A stretch of 64,000 nucleotides of DNA from Nitrospirota bacterium. Lineage in GTDB: Bacteria; Nitrospirota; JACRHJ01. Shown here piece after piece: positions 1-9,149 of the stretch. The stretch lies in contig CAVTDB010000009.1 in the NCBI GenBank assembly GCA_963733375.1, positions 64,001 through 128,000 on the forward strand, read 5' to 3'. The notes beneath the pieces were generated by a model. It was not told the origin of the DNA and ran no database searches. It saw only the letters and a program-made list of their open reading frames with translations. The translations under genes were made by a program, and so were the position numbers. Each line of letters opens with the position of its first letter. The first letter of the stretch is position 1.

Positions 1-240
1 AGCGGCACCAATACGACTTGCACCAGCGCTGCCATCCGAGGAGTTCCACAAATACAAACCCCTCGATATCCATAAAGTGGGGCAGTGCCCTGACTGCACA
101 TGTGCCATTATTACGAATCCAACCGTCTTCAAGCCATAACGATGCAGACTCCACGGGCAGCTCGACGGCCAACACGATCTGCCTTCGACAGAGGATGCAG
201 TGCCTGATTGCCATGTAACTACGATACCTTCCAGCTAGCC
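1..240 (+). CDS. 3' part of a probable multiheme c-type cytochrome, heavily frameshifted and truncated by the window edge
   Basis: Three TGC...TGCCAT (Cys..Cys-His) motifs at ~19-34, ~95-108 and ~201-214, each one base short of an in-frame CxxxCH/CxxCH. A WG..LTC spacing resembles Geobacter-type CxxxxCH/CxxCH repeats. No clean ORF. Confidence 0.35.
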
Positions 241-485
241 ACGCTGTGAAATACTCAGGGTTTGCCGGGATTAGCAGCTGCCGCCGAATCGGGCACTCCG
301 GGCTGCTCTCCGGACTTAAGAGCTCGTTACGGAGGCCGGCGGCCTTGCGACCCGGCTAGCTTTTCCCTGCCCTGTGGGGTGGTGCCTGGTGAGGCTGACA
401 GGTGGGCCGGCGTTTCGGCTTTCTTGAAGCACCCGGTTTTATGCTATACTATTTATATTGGCGTATAAATTTGGGAGGTGTGCAG

Positions 486-674
486 ATGAAAACCGACCCC
501 GTATGCGGAATGGACGTGAAGGAGGATACTCAGTACGATACGCTCCACGGGGGGAGAAAGATGTATTTCTGCAGCCGAGACTGTCAGCAGAAGTTCATCA
601 AAAACCCTGGGCAGTACCTTACCGGCCAAAGCAAGCAGGAAGGTACCGAGAAAGGCGGCAAGAAAGCTGCTTAA
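486..674 (+). CDS. YHS domain protein (small metal-binding)
   Basis: MKTDPVCGMDV...YFCSRDCQQKFIKNPGQY is the YHS/TRASH signature; GGAGGTG RBS upstream. Confidence 0.85.
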   Translation: MKTDPVCGMDVKEDTQYDTLHGGRKMYFCSRDCQQKFIKNPGQYLTGQSKQEGTEKGGKKAA

Positions 675-1160
675 AAGTTCAGCTTACTGTCCTTGTAATA
701 AGTCTTGAAGCGCCGCTTGAAAGCGGCGTTTTTCTTTTTCTTGTTTTCTATAGGCCCGATAACGGCGAGAGACAGCGCCGCCGCGGTGGAGTCTAACATC
801 ACGTCTGAAACCTTCCCCGTCCTCTGGCTCCCTTCCAGGTACTGGTGGAACTCGTCGCTCGCAGCCCAGAGCACGGATATCGCCAGGACGGTCAGCGCCG
901 CCTTGGCTATGCTCATGCGCGACCCTTTTACCAGGCCTCTAAACCACAGGACGGCGAGGATCGAGTACACGGTGACGTGCGCGGCCTTCCTGACGAAAAA
1001 GTCGATTTCGTTCAGAGAGGGCGTTATACTCGATATCGAAAAAATCAAGTGTCCGGCTGAGAATGCCGCTTGTAAGGGTTGAGCTGAAAGAAGGAGTGGA
1101 CAACACGAATATTATTGCCATCCAGATTAAGGCGGGAATATAAGGTTTTATCCTGCTCAA
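671..1160 (-). CDS. VanZ family membrane protein (1 frameshift)
   Basis: IWMAIIFVLS, then RKAAHVTVYSIL...ASDEFHQ...RTGKVSDVMLD, spread over ORFs 939..1406 and 671..1048. Confidence 0.8.
711..740 (+). terminator. Intrinsic terminator after the YHS gene
   Basis: CGCCGCT-TGAA-AGCGGCG followed by a T tract. Confidence 0.6.
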
Positions 1161-1851
1161 GTTTTGCCGGTCTTTCGTGTTATGAAGTCTCCGATTAAAG
1201 CTGGGTTTCCTTCTTTGAAATCCACGAACTTCACCCCGTACCTTTTCATTTTCGCGCGCGCTCTGAGCAACCCTCATGACCTCGGACCTTACAACGACTC
1301 TGCTAAATCCTGCCGCGCCCAAGAGGAAGAAAGAAGCCTCGACGCCGTCGCCGATGTTTAAATCCCTTTCGCACTCGAACAGAAGCCCGTTGGTGCTGAC
1401 ATCCACGGTATTGGCGATAAAGAACTCGCTCCCAAGCCTGCCTTCGATTTTTATCTTTATCAGTATCCTTATCGACTGCCTGGCCGGGACCCCCAGGAGC
1501 TTGGCTATTTTTACCGCCAGTTCCTGCCTGTCTATCGGCTTCTTTATATAATCGTTGGCTCCACAGGCCTTAAAGCGCTCGATCTCCTTCTCGTCGTTCA
1601 GCTAACGTCGACAGGATAATCGAGACATGCTTAAGCTCCGGGTCCTGCCGGATAACCCTGCAGACCTCGTCGCCGCCCATGCCGGCCATGTGCAGGCACA
1701 TGATTATTATATCCGCTTTTTCCTTTTTATGCACGTCCAGGGCTTCCTGACCGCTGGTGGCGGTAAAAATCTGGAATATATCCCTATCCAGCAGGCCCCT
1801 CTCGCGCTCCAGGATTGAGCGGATATTGTCGACCAATAATATCTTCTTCAT
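1157..1851 (-). CDS. Response regulator receiver + PilZ domain protein (frameshifted; atypical receiver)
   Basis: MKKILLVDN...GANDYIKKPID receiver fold, then PilZ motifs RQSIR and DVSTNG; split over several frames. Confidence 0.75.
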
Positions 1852-3638
1852 TTTCCTATAATTTCAGCGGCCCTGGCCGCGGCCTCATCCTTTGGTACTT
1901 TCACCATCTCGCCCGTGCTCCTGCTCTTTACCTCCACCATGCCAACGCTTAAGTTTTTCTCGCCCACCACCACGCTCACGGGGAAACCGATCAGGTCCGC
2001 GTCCTTGAACTTGAACCCTGCCCGGAGGTCGCGGTCGTCCAGCAACGCCTCCACGCCAGCCTTCAGCAGGGAGTTATAAATCTCGCGCGCCGCGCTCATC
2101 ACGTCCTGGTTATTTATGTTCAGAGGGAGCACCACGACCTCGAACGGGGCAAGCGGCGCGGGCCATTTTATCCCGTCCTTGTCGTTGTTCTGCTCTATCG
2201 CGGCGGCGGCCGTGCGTCCGACGCCTATGCCGTAGCAGCCCATTATCATAGGCTTTTCCGTGCCGTCTTCGTCGAGGAATTTGCAGTTCATGGCCTCGGA
2301 GTATTTCGTCCCCAGCATGAAGATATGGCCGACCTCGATGCCCTTGAATATCTCTATTTTGCCTTCGCCGCATTTCGGGCATGGGTCGCCTGCGACGATA
2401 TTTCTGAGGTCAGAAAATGGCTTACCTTTAGCAAATACCAATCTGATAGTTCAAATTAAAATCGCGTCCGATGTTCACATTTTTTAAATGCGTATCCGCC
2501 TCGTTCCCGCCAGCAATGAAGTTCGTCATCCCCTTCACGGCGTTATCCGCGATTATAGGCACACGTGCCTCTTAAGGCCGACCGGCCCGGCAAAACCGGA
2601 CGGCGCATCAGTCACTCGTTCGACGGTCTCCTTGTCAGCGAGATCAACCTCTGCCTCAGCGCCAAGAAGTTTCTTTTGAGCTTTATCTCGTTTACCTCAT
2701 GATCGCCACGGACGAGCACCGCAATTACTTTTTCTTCTCTGCGTATCTTCTTGTATATCAGCGTCTTTACCAGCTTCGACGGCTTCACGCCAAGAAATTC
2801 GGCGACCTCCTCGACCGTCTTCTTGCCGGGCGTGCTGACTTTTTCGATCGGCTTTTCAACTTCATCTTCCTCGTCAAGCAGTTCCCTCGGCACGCGGTTC
2901 TTATCCACTATTTCTGGCGGTTTGCACTCCGCCTTCTCCACGTTCGCCGCGTAATCGCAACTGTCGCAGGAGGCGATGAAATCCTCGCCCGTCTCGGCCA
3001 AGACCATGAACTCGTGCGAAAAGCTCCCGCCGATGTTCCCGGTATCCGCCTCCACCGCGCGGAAGTTCAGGCCGCAACGGGTGAAAATTCGCTTATACGT
3101 CTCATACATGTTCCAGTATTCGGCTTCGGCGGACTCGTTATCCTTGTGGAAGCTGTACCCGTCCTTCATGATGAACTCGCGCCCGCGCATGAGGCCGAAC
3201 CTCGGGCGAATCTCGTCTCTGAACTTCGTCTGTATCTGGTAGAGGTTTATCGGGAGTTGCCGGTAGGACTTCACCTCACGGCGGACAAGGTCGGTTATGA
3301 CCTCCTCGGCGGTGGGGCCGATGCAGAACTCGCGCTCATGGCGGTCTTTCAGCCTTAAGAGTTCCTTGCCGTAGTAGTCCCATCTGCCGGACTCCATCCA
3401 CAGTTCCGCGGGCTGGATGATGGGCAGCAGGACCTCCTGCGCGAAGGCCCGGTCCATCTCCTGCCGGACTAATCTCCGCGACCTTGCGGACAGTGCGCCA
3501 TCCAAGGGGAAGGTACGTATATATGCCCGCGGCGATTTTTCTTATCATCCCGGCGCGCATCATCAGCTTATGGGAGATAACCTCCGCCTCGGCAGGGTCC
3601 TCCTTCAGAGTCGGTATCAAAAGTCTGGAATATAGCAT
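1848..3638 (-). CDS. proS: Proline--tRNA ligase (several frameshifts)
   Basis: [53 protein letters not shown] and anticodon-binding domain; ORFs 3336..3638, 2612..3505, 1848..2441. Confidence 0.95.
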
Positions 3639-3719
3639 TTTGTTTTTGTGTCTTTAGAGTTAGTATGGGTTAACGGCTTGGTGAGTATATAACTAAGACG
3701 TTATTTTTACAATCCAATT

Positions 3720-4784
3720 TCAATCGGCGGCGGCTTCCTCGACTTCTTTCACCAGCGCGTCGGCAAGCTCGTCTTCTTTAAGCTTTTTTATTACTTCCCC
3801 GTGCCGGAATAGTAAACCCCTCCCCTTGCCGCCGGCTATGCCCATGTCCGCCTGCGCGGCCTCGCCGGGGCCGTTCACTATGCAGCCCATCACCGCCACA
3901 TCGAGCGGCTTCGTCACGTGGCTGAGCCTTCGCTCCACCTCCTGAGCCAGCCCGATTACGTCTATCTGGGTCCTGCCGCAGGTGGGGCAGGAAATTATGT
4001 TTATACCACGTTCCCGGAGCTTCAGCGCCTTCAGCATCTCCCACGCCACCCGTACCTCTTCCACGGGGTCCGCCGTCAAGGAGACGCGCATGGTGTCGCC
4101 TATGCCCTCCGCCAGAAGTATCCCCAGGCCTACGGAGGATTTCACGGTGCCGGAAAATAGCGTCCCCGCCTCCGTCACGCCAATGTGCAGGGGGTACCTG
4201 GCCGTCTTTGACATCAGCCTGTAGGCGTCCACGGTGGTCGGCACGTCCGACGCCTTTATGGAGACCTTCATATCCAGAAAATCCAGGTCTTCCAATATCC
4301 GCACGTGCCTCATGGCGGATTCGACCAGCGCTTCGGGCGTCGGCCTTCCGTATTTTTTCAGCAGGTCCTTCTCCAGGGAGCCGGAGTTGACGCCGATCCG
4401 TATCGGCACGCCGCGTTCCTTGGCGGCTTTCACCAGCTCCACGACCTTGGCCTTCTCGCCGATGTTGCCGGGGTTTATCCGCAGGCCGTCCACGCCCTTG
4501 TCGATTGCCATAAGGGCCAGGCGGTGGTCGAAATGTATGTCCGCAACCAGCGGGATGGATATCGCTTTTTTTATTTTGTCCAGTGACCGGGCCGCTTCCA
4601 TGTTGAGCAGCGCGACCCGCACGACCTCGCACCCCGCCTTCGCCAGTTCGTTAATCTGCCTGACGGTGGCCTTCACGTCGCGGGTATCGGTATTGGTCAT
4701 GGACTGGACGGCTACAGGCGCGCCGCCGCCGATGGGAACGCCGCCGAGTGTTATCCTGCGGGTTTTTTTGCGGGTGATTTTCAT
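3720..4784 (-). CDS. ispG: (E)-4-hydroxy-3-methylbut-2-enyl-diphosphate synthase
   Basis: VQSMTNT, ADIHFD, RINPGNIG, CPTCGR, MGCIVNGPGE. Confidence 0.97.
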   Translation of the reverse strand: MKITRKKTRRITLGGVPIGGGAPVAVQSMTNTDTRDVKATVRQINELAKAGCEVVRVALLNMEAARSLDKIKKAISIPLVADIHFDHRLALMAIDKGVDGLRINPGNIGEKAKVVELVKAAKERGVPIRIGVNSGSLEKDLLKKYGRPTPEALVESAMRHVRILEDLDFLDMKVSIKASDVPTTVDAYRLMSKTARYPLHIGVTEAGTLFSGTVKSSVGLGILLAEGIGDTMRVSLTADPVEEVRVAWEMLKALKLRERGINIISCPTCGRTQIDVIGLAQEVERRLSHVTKPLDVAVMGCIVNGPGEAAQADMGIAGGKGRGLLFRHGEVIKKLKEDELADALVKEVEEAAAD

Positions 4785-4810
4785 AGTTCCTCTTGCTCGG
4801 AAAAACCTTT

Positions 4811-4909
4811 GTTACCTTTTTGGTAAAAAGGTAACACCAAAAACTTTTAGACTTTTTTCAGCCCCGCTTTTCTTTGTGTTACTTTCTTTTCCCGTGAAAA
4901 GAAAGTAAC
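4811..4909. repeat. Twin-hairpin dispersed repeat, copy 1
   Basis: GTTACCTTTTT-GGT-AAAAAGGTAAC ... GTTACTTTCTTTTC-CCGT-GAAAAGAAAGTAAC; homologous to 34580..34670 and 36926..37019. Confidence 0.85.
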
Positions 4910-4913
4910 GGTT

Positions 4914-6272
4914 TTACTTCCACATCGGCGAAAAGCCCAGTATCCGCATGATGTCGTTATAGAACACGAAAACCATCAGCGCGATGAGCATGAAAAGCCC
5001 GACCTGCTGGGCGACCTCGCGCGTGCGCATCGAGAGCGGCTTTCTCTGGATGGCCTCTATCCCCAGAAACATCAGGTGCCCGCCGTCCATGATAGGCACG
5101 GGGAAAAGGTTTATGACGCCCAGGTTTACGCTAAGGAGCGCAATGAAGATGATGAAATCCGCAGGTCCCTGCCGCGCCTGTCTTCCGGAGAGCTGCACTA
5201 TGGCGATCGGCCCCCCCACCTGGCTGGCGTCCTCCTTGCCGCCTATCAGACGGCCAAGGAACTGCACCGTAAGGCTGGTCATCATGTAGGTGCGCTGCGC
5301 GGCGAGCTTCAGGGATTCAATCGGCCCATAGGCCATATTCTCCAGGTCGGTGCCCATTTGGACGCCTATTATCCCGTATTGCTTTTCACCCGTTTTCGCC
5401 TCGTTCAACTTGGGAGTAATTTTTGCGTCAAAACGTTTTCCGCCTCTATCAATCGTGAAATCAAGCGTCTTGCCGGGATTCATCTTGACTATGTCTGCCA
5501 TTGCTGCCCATGAACCGACGGGGCGGCTGTCCACGGCAAGGACATGGTCTTTTGATTTAAGGCCGGCAATATCCGCCGGAGAACGGGCCATGACCGCGCC
5601 GATTACGACTGATCCCCTCAGACCCAGGTCTCCCTTCCCGTTAACGTCCGCCGGGACGGCTGTCAGTTTAACGACCTGCCCGCCCCTCCGGACCGAAAAG
5701 GTCATTGCCTGTCCGGGATGGGCCTTTATCAATTCCGCCACCTGCTCCCATACGTCCACGTAGTCCCCGTCCACCTTCTCTATTACGTCGCCGGCTTTAA
5801 ATCCGGCGCTTGCCGCGGGACTTCCCGGCGCCACATCGTCCACCTTTGCAATCGCGGTGGGGAAGCCGGTTAAAAAGAGAATGTAGCAAAGCAAAATAGC
5901 CAGCAGGATGTTAAAGAGAGGTCCGGCAAAGACGATAGCCGCGCGTTTCCAGATGGGCTGCTCCATAAACGCGTGCTTTTTCTCCTCGGGCGAGAGTTCC
6001 TTCGTTTCTTCGTCCTCCCCCAGCATCTTTACGTACCCGCCGAGCGGAAAGGCGGAGATCATGTACTCCGTCTCGCCCATCTTCCAGCCGACGATTTTTT
6101 TCCCGAAGCCGAGCGAGAACTTAAGGACCGATACCCCGGAGAGTTTCGCAACTATAAAATGCCCCATCTCGTGGGCGAATATGAGAAGGCCAAGGGCCAC
6201 TACCGCGGCAAGTATTCCGAAAACCGCAGGCAAAAATCCCGCCGATGCGGCTTCTAAGAGAGTGCTGTGCAA
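4914..6272 (-). CDS. rseP: RIP metalloprotease RseP (two PDZ domains)
   Basis: HEMGH zinc motif, GGYVKM, GPLFN, NLFPVPIMDGGH. Confidence 0.95.
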   Translation of the reverse strand: MHSTLLEAASAGFLPAVFGILAAVVALGLLIFAHEMGHFIVAKLSGVSVLKFSLGFGKKIVGWKMGETEYMISAFPLGGYVKMLGEDEETKELSPEEKKHAFMEQPIWKRAAIVFAGPLFNILLAILLCYILFLTGFPTAIAKVDDVAPGSPAASAGFKAGDVIEKVDGDYVDVWEQVAELIKAHPGQAMTFSVRRGGQVVKLTAVPADVNGKGDLGLRGSVVIGAVMARSPADIAGLKSKDHVLAVDSRPVGSWAAMADIVKMNPGKTLDFTIDRGGKRFDAKITPKLNEAKTGEKQYGIIGVQMGTDLENMAYGPIESLKLAAQRTYMMTSLTVQFLGRLIGGKEDASQVGGPIAIVQLSGRQARQGPADFIIFIALLSVNLGVINLFPVPIMDGGHLMFLGIEAIQRKPLSMRTREVAQQVGLFMLIALMVFVFYNDIMRILGFSPMWK

Positions 6273-6344
6273 TTTTCCTCCAAAAAAACGGGATTCTTAT
6301 TCCGAATATGCAACACGGCGCGAATAAAGCTATTTTACCACAAT

Positions 6345-7493
6345 TTATTTTTTTATAAGCTTTATCGCCGCAATCCTGGCCCACCTGTCCGCCGAAACTA
6401 TGTCGTCCACGGACTTCGGCTCCCAGGGGGAATGCAGGTCCATGACCTTCCTTATCATTGCCGGGATGTCCGTAAAACCTATTTTTTCTTCCAGGAACGC
6501 CTGCACGGCCACCTCGTTCGCCGCGTTCAGGACTGCCGGCATCGTCCCGCCCGCTTTCAGGGCGTCGAAAGCGAAAGACAGGCAGGGGAATTTCTGCAGG
6601 TCCGGCGCCTTGAACGTCAAACGCGCCACCTTGGCCAGGTCCAGTCCGGGGATGTTCTTCTGGAGCCTTCCCGGGTATCCCAGGGCGTATGATATCGGCC
6701 CCCGCATGTCCGGCACGCCAAGCTGCGCGATTACGGAGCCGTCTATGAACTCCACCATGGAGTGAATTATGCTCTGCGGGTGGACCAGGACCGATATCCT
6801 GTCCAGCTCGACGTCGAAAAGCCACTTGGCCTCGATGACCTCCAGGCCCTTATTCATCAGGGTGGCGGAGTCTATGGTTATCTTCTTCCCCATCTCCCAG
6901 TTCGGGTGCTTGAGGGCGTCCGCGGGCTTCACTGTCTTCAGCTTCTCCGCCGAATACTCCTGGAACGGTCCGCCCGACGCCGTCAGGGTAAGCCGGACAA
7001 GGTCCATCTTCCGGTGGCCTTTCAGGGACTGGAATATGGCGGAGTGCTCGCTGTCCACCGGAAGGAGCTTTACACCTTGCCGCTTTACAGCGTCCATAAC
7101 TAAGGAACCCGCGCAGACAAGCGTCTCTTTATTGGCCAGCGCTATGTCCTTGCCGGATTCTATCGCGGCCATCGTCGGGATTAGTCCCGCCGCGCCGACG
7201 ATGCTCGATACGACCATATCGACGCCGTCGAGCGACGCCGCCTCCACCAGCCCCTCTACTCCGTGCAGGACCCGGACGCCGTTCCCAAGGCGTTTTTTAA
7301 TTGTCGCCGCGTCCTTCTTGTCCCGCACCGTGACGACCTTCGGGTTAAACTCCCGCGCCTGTGCTTCAAGGAGGTCCACGTTTGCGCCGCAGGAAAGGGC
7401 CAGCACCCGGAACCTGTCCGGGAACCGCCTGGCCACGTCCAGAGTGTTTACTCCGATAGAGCCGGTACAGCCTAAGATGGAGATGTTTTTCAT
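6345..7493 (-). CDS. dxr: 1-deoxy-D-xylulose-5-phosphate reductoisomerase
   Basis: ILGCTGSIG, LANKE, LPVDSEHSAIFQ, HPNWEMG, NKGLEVIEA. Confidence 0.97.
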   Translation of the reverse strand: MKNISILGCTGSIGVNTLDVARRFPDRFRVLALSCGANVDLLEAQAREFNPKVVTVRDKKDAATIKKRLGNGVRVLHGVEGLVEAASLDGVDMVVSSIVGAAGLIPTMAAIESGKDIALANKETLVCAGSLVMDAVKRQGVKLLPVDSEHSAIFQSLKGHRKMDLVRLTLTASGGPFQEYSAEKLKTVKPADALKHPNWEMGKKITIDSATLMNKGLEVIEAKWLFDVELDRISVLVHPQSIIHSMVEFIDGSVIAQLGVPDMRGPISYALGYPGRLQKNIPGLDLAKVARLTFKAPDLQKFPCLSFAFDALKAGGTMPAVLNAANEVAVQAFLEEKIGFTDIPAMIRKVMDLHSPWEPKSVDDIVSADRWARIAAIKLIKK

Positions 7494-8352
7494 TTCAGTG
7501 TGATGCCTTTGGCGGCCAACGCAACTAACGTGTAGTAATAAAGGGCGGGGGCGTTTAAGGAGCATGCTGTCCACCCTGTCCAAAACACCGCCATGCCCGG
7601 GAAATATCCCCCCGGAGTCCTTTGTCCTGGCGCTCCTCTTTATCATCGACTCCGCCAGGTCCCCTGCCTGCCCCACTATCCCAAGGACTATACCAAGTCC
7701 CAGGGCGTCGTGCAGCGGCAGTTCCTGATAAAACCATATCCTGCAAACAAGCGACATGCCGATGCCCGAAAGAAGACCGCCGACCGCGCCCTCCCATGAC
7801 TTTTTGCGGGCTTATCTTCTGGTACAGTTTGTGTTTCCCAAAGCGGCTGCCTATGTAATACGCCCCGGTATCGGTCGCCCAGGTGACGACGAAGAGGAAA
7901 AATACGAGTTGCCGTCCATCCACCTCCGGGGTTTTCCATGCGCGGAGCAGGATTATGTAAGCCGACAGCCATGCGACGTAAACTACGCCGGTGAAGGTAA
8001 GGGCCACGTCCACCATCGCGCCGTTTATGTCTTTACTGGAAAAAAGCCGGAACAGCAGGGCGACCACGAAGGCGGACGCGACCATGACGTCCGGGGAAAA
8101 GACCTTGGCGTATTGCCAGTCCGGGAGTTCGGCCCCTACATAAAACCCGCAGATGACCAGGGCGCCCACGAACATCCCGACGAAGGTCTGGGGGCGGTAG
8201 CCGCTGTTCTTGAACATCCTGTAGAACTCGTACAGGCCCACCATGACACAGGAGAGGATAAGGAAAAAGAATGCCCGGGACCCGCCGTACTGCACTATCA
8301 GATAAAGAAGCGGAATCATCAATGCCGCCGTCAGAACCCTCTTATAGCCCAT
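7490..8352 (-). CDS. cdsA: Phosphatidate cytidylyltransferase (frameshifted)
   Basis: WATDTGAYYIG..FGKHKL..ISP and GDLAESMIKR...KDSG.IFPGHGGVLDRVDS in two frames. Confidence 0.93.
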
Positions 8353-9145
8353 TGTCTGTCCCCAGTTGCTCGGATGTCTTGCCGAACCGCCTCTGTCTCC
8401 CCTGGTAGTCCAGGATGGCGATCAGCAGGTCCCTCTCGGTAAAGTCCGGCCAGAGGGACTCCGTGAAATAAAGCTCGGCGTAAGCCATCTGCCAGAGCAG
8501 GAAATTCGATACCCTCTTCTCACCCGAGGTCCTGATGATTAAATCCAGGTCCGGAAGTCCGTCGGTGTCCAGGTACGAGGAAAAAATCTTTTCGTCGACG
8601 GCGGACGGGTCTATTTTACCCGCGTTTAACGCCGCGGCCATTTTTTTCGCCGCCTCGGTTATCTCCCAGCGGCCGCCGTAGGAGAGCGCAAGGTCCAGCA
8701 CCATCCCGGTATTGGAAGCTGTCTCCGCCTTCGCCTTGTCTACCCAGACCCTGGCCTCTTTGGGCAGGTCATCCAGCCGTCCAATCGTCTGAAAGCGGAT
8801 GTTCTCCCTCTTCATGAGGGATATCTCCCGCTGCAGGTAGATAGCCAGAAGAGACATAAGCGCGGATACCTCACGCGGAGGCCTGCGCCAGTTCTCTAAA
8901 GAGAAGGCATAAAGCGTCAGCGCAGGTATCCCATGCCTGGAACATGCCTTCACCACGTCGCGGACTACATCCATCCCCTTTTTGTGGCCGGCTATCCTCG
9001 GGAGCCCCCGTTTCGCGGCCCACCTGCCGTTCCCGTCCATAATTATGGCCATGTGCCTGGGAAGGCGGCCCGGGTCCACCAGGGCCAGGAGTTCTTCACG
9101 GCTTAAGTCGGGATAGTTCTTTATCTGCGCCAGGGTGTGTTCCAA
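8342..9145 (-). CDS. uppS: Undecaprenyl diphosphate synthase
   Basis: HMAIIMDGNGRWA, FSLENWRRP, IRTSGEKRVSNFLLWQ. Confidence 0.97.
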   Translation of the reverse strand: MEHTLAQIKNYPDLSREELLALVDPGRLPRHMAIIMDGNGRWAAKRGLPRIAGHKKGMDVVRDVVKACSRHGIPALTLYAFSLENWRRPPREVSALMSLLAIYLQREISLMKRENIRFQTIGRLDDLPKEARVWVDKAKAETASNTGMVLDLALSYGGRWEITEAAKKMAAALNAGKIDPSAVDEKIFSSYLDTDGLPDLDLIIRTSGEKRVSNFLLWQMAYAELYFTESLWPDFTERDLLIAILDYQGRQRRFGKTSEQLGTDNGL

Positions 9146-9149
9146 TGCC

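Noticed and set aside
285-380. Minus-strand stretch resembling a c-di-GMP-I riboswitch (GGGTCGCAAGGCCGCCGGCCT)
   Set aside because: No GNRA-capped P2 hairpin or receptor, and no clear downstream gene; partial match only.
3778-4908. Long alternative-frame and antisense ORFs here and throughout the window
   Set aside because: Expected shadows of high-GC coding DNA; no recognisable motifs or RBS.
6345-7757. Apparent CdsA-Dxr fusion ORF
   Set aside because: Caused by indels in cdsA; a normal ATGA overlap exists at 7490-7493.
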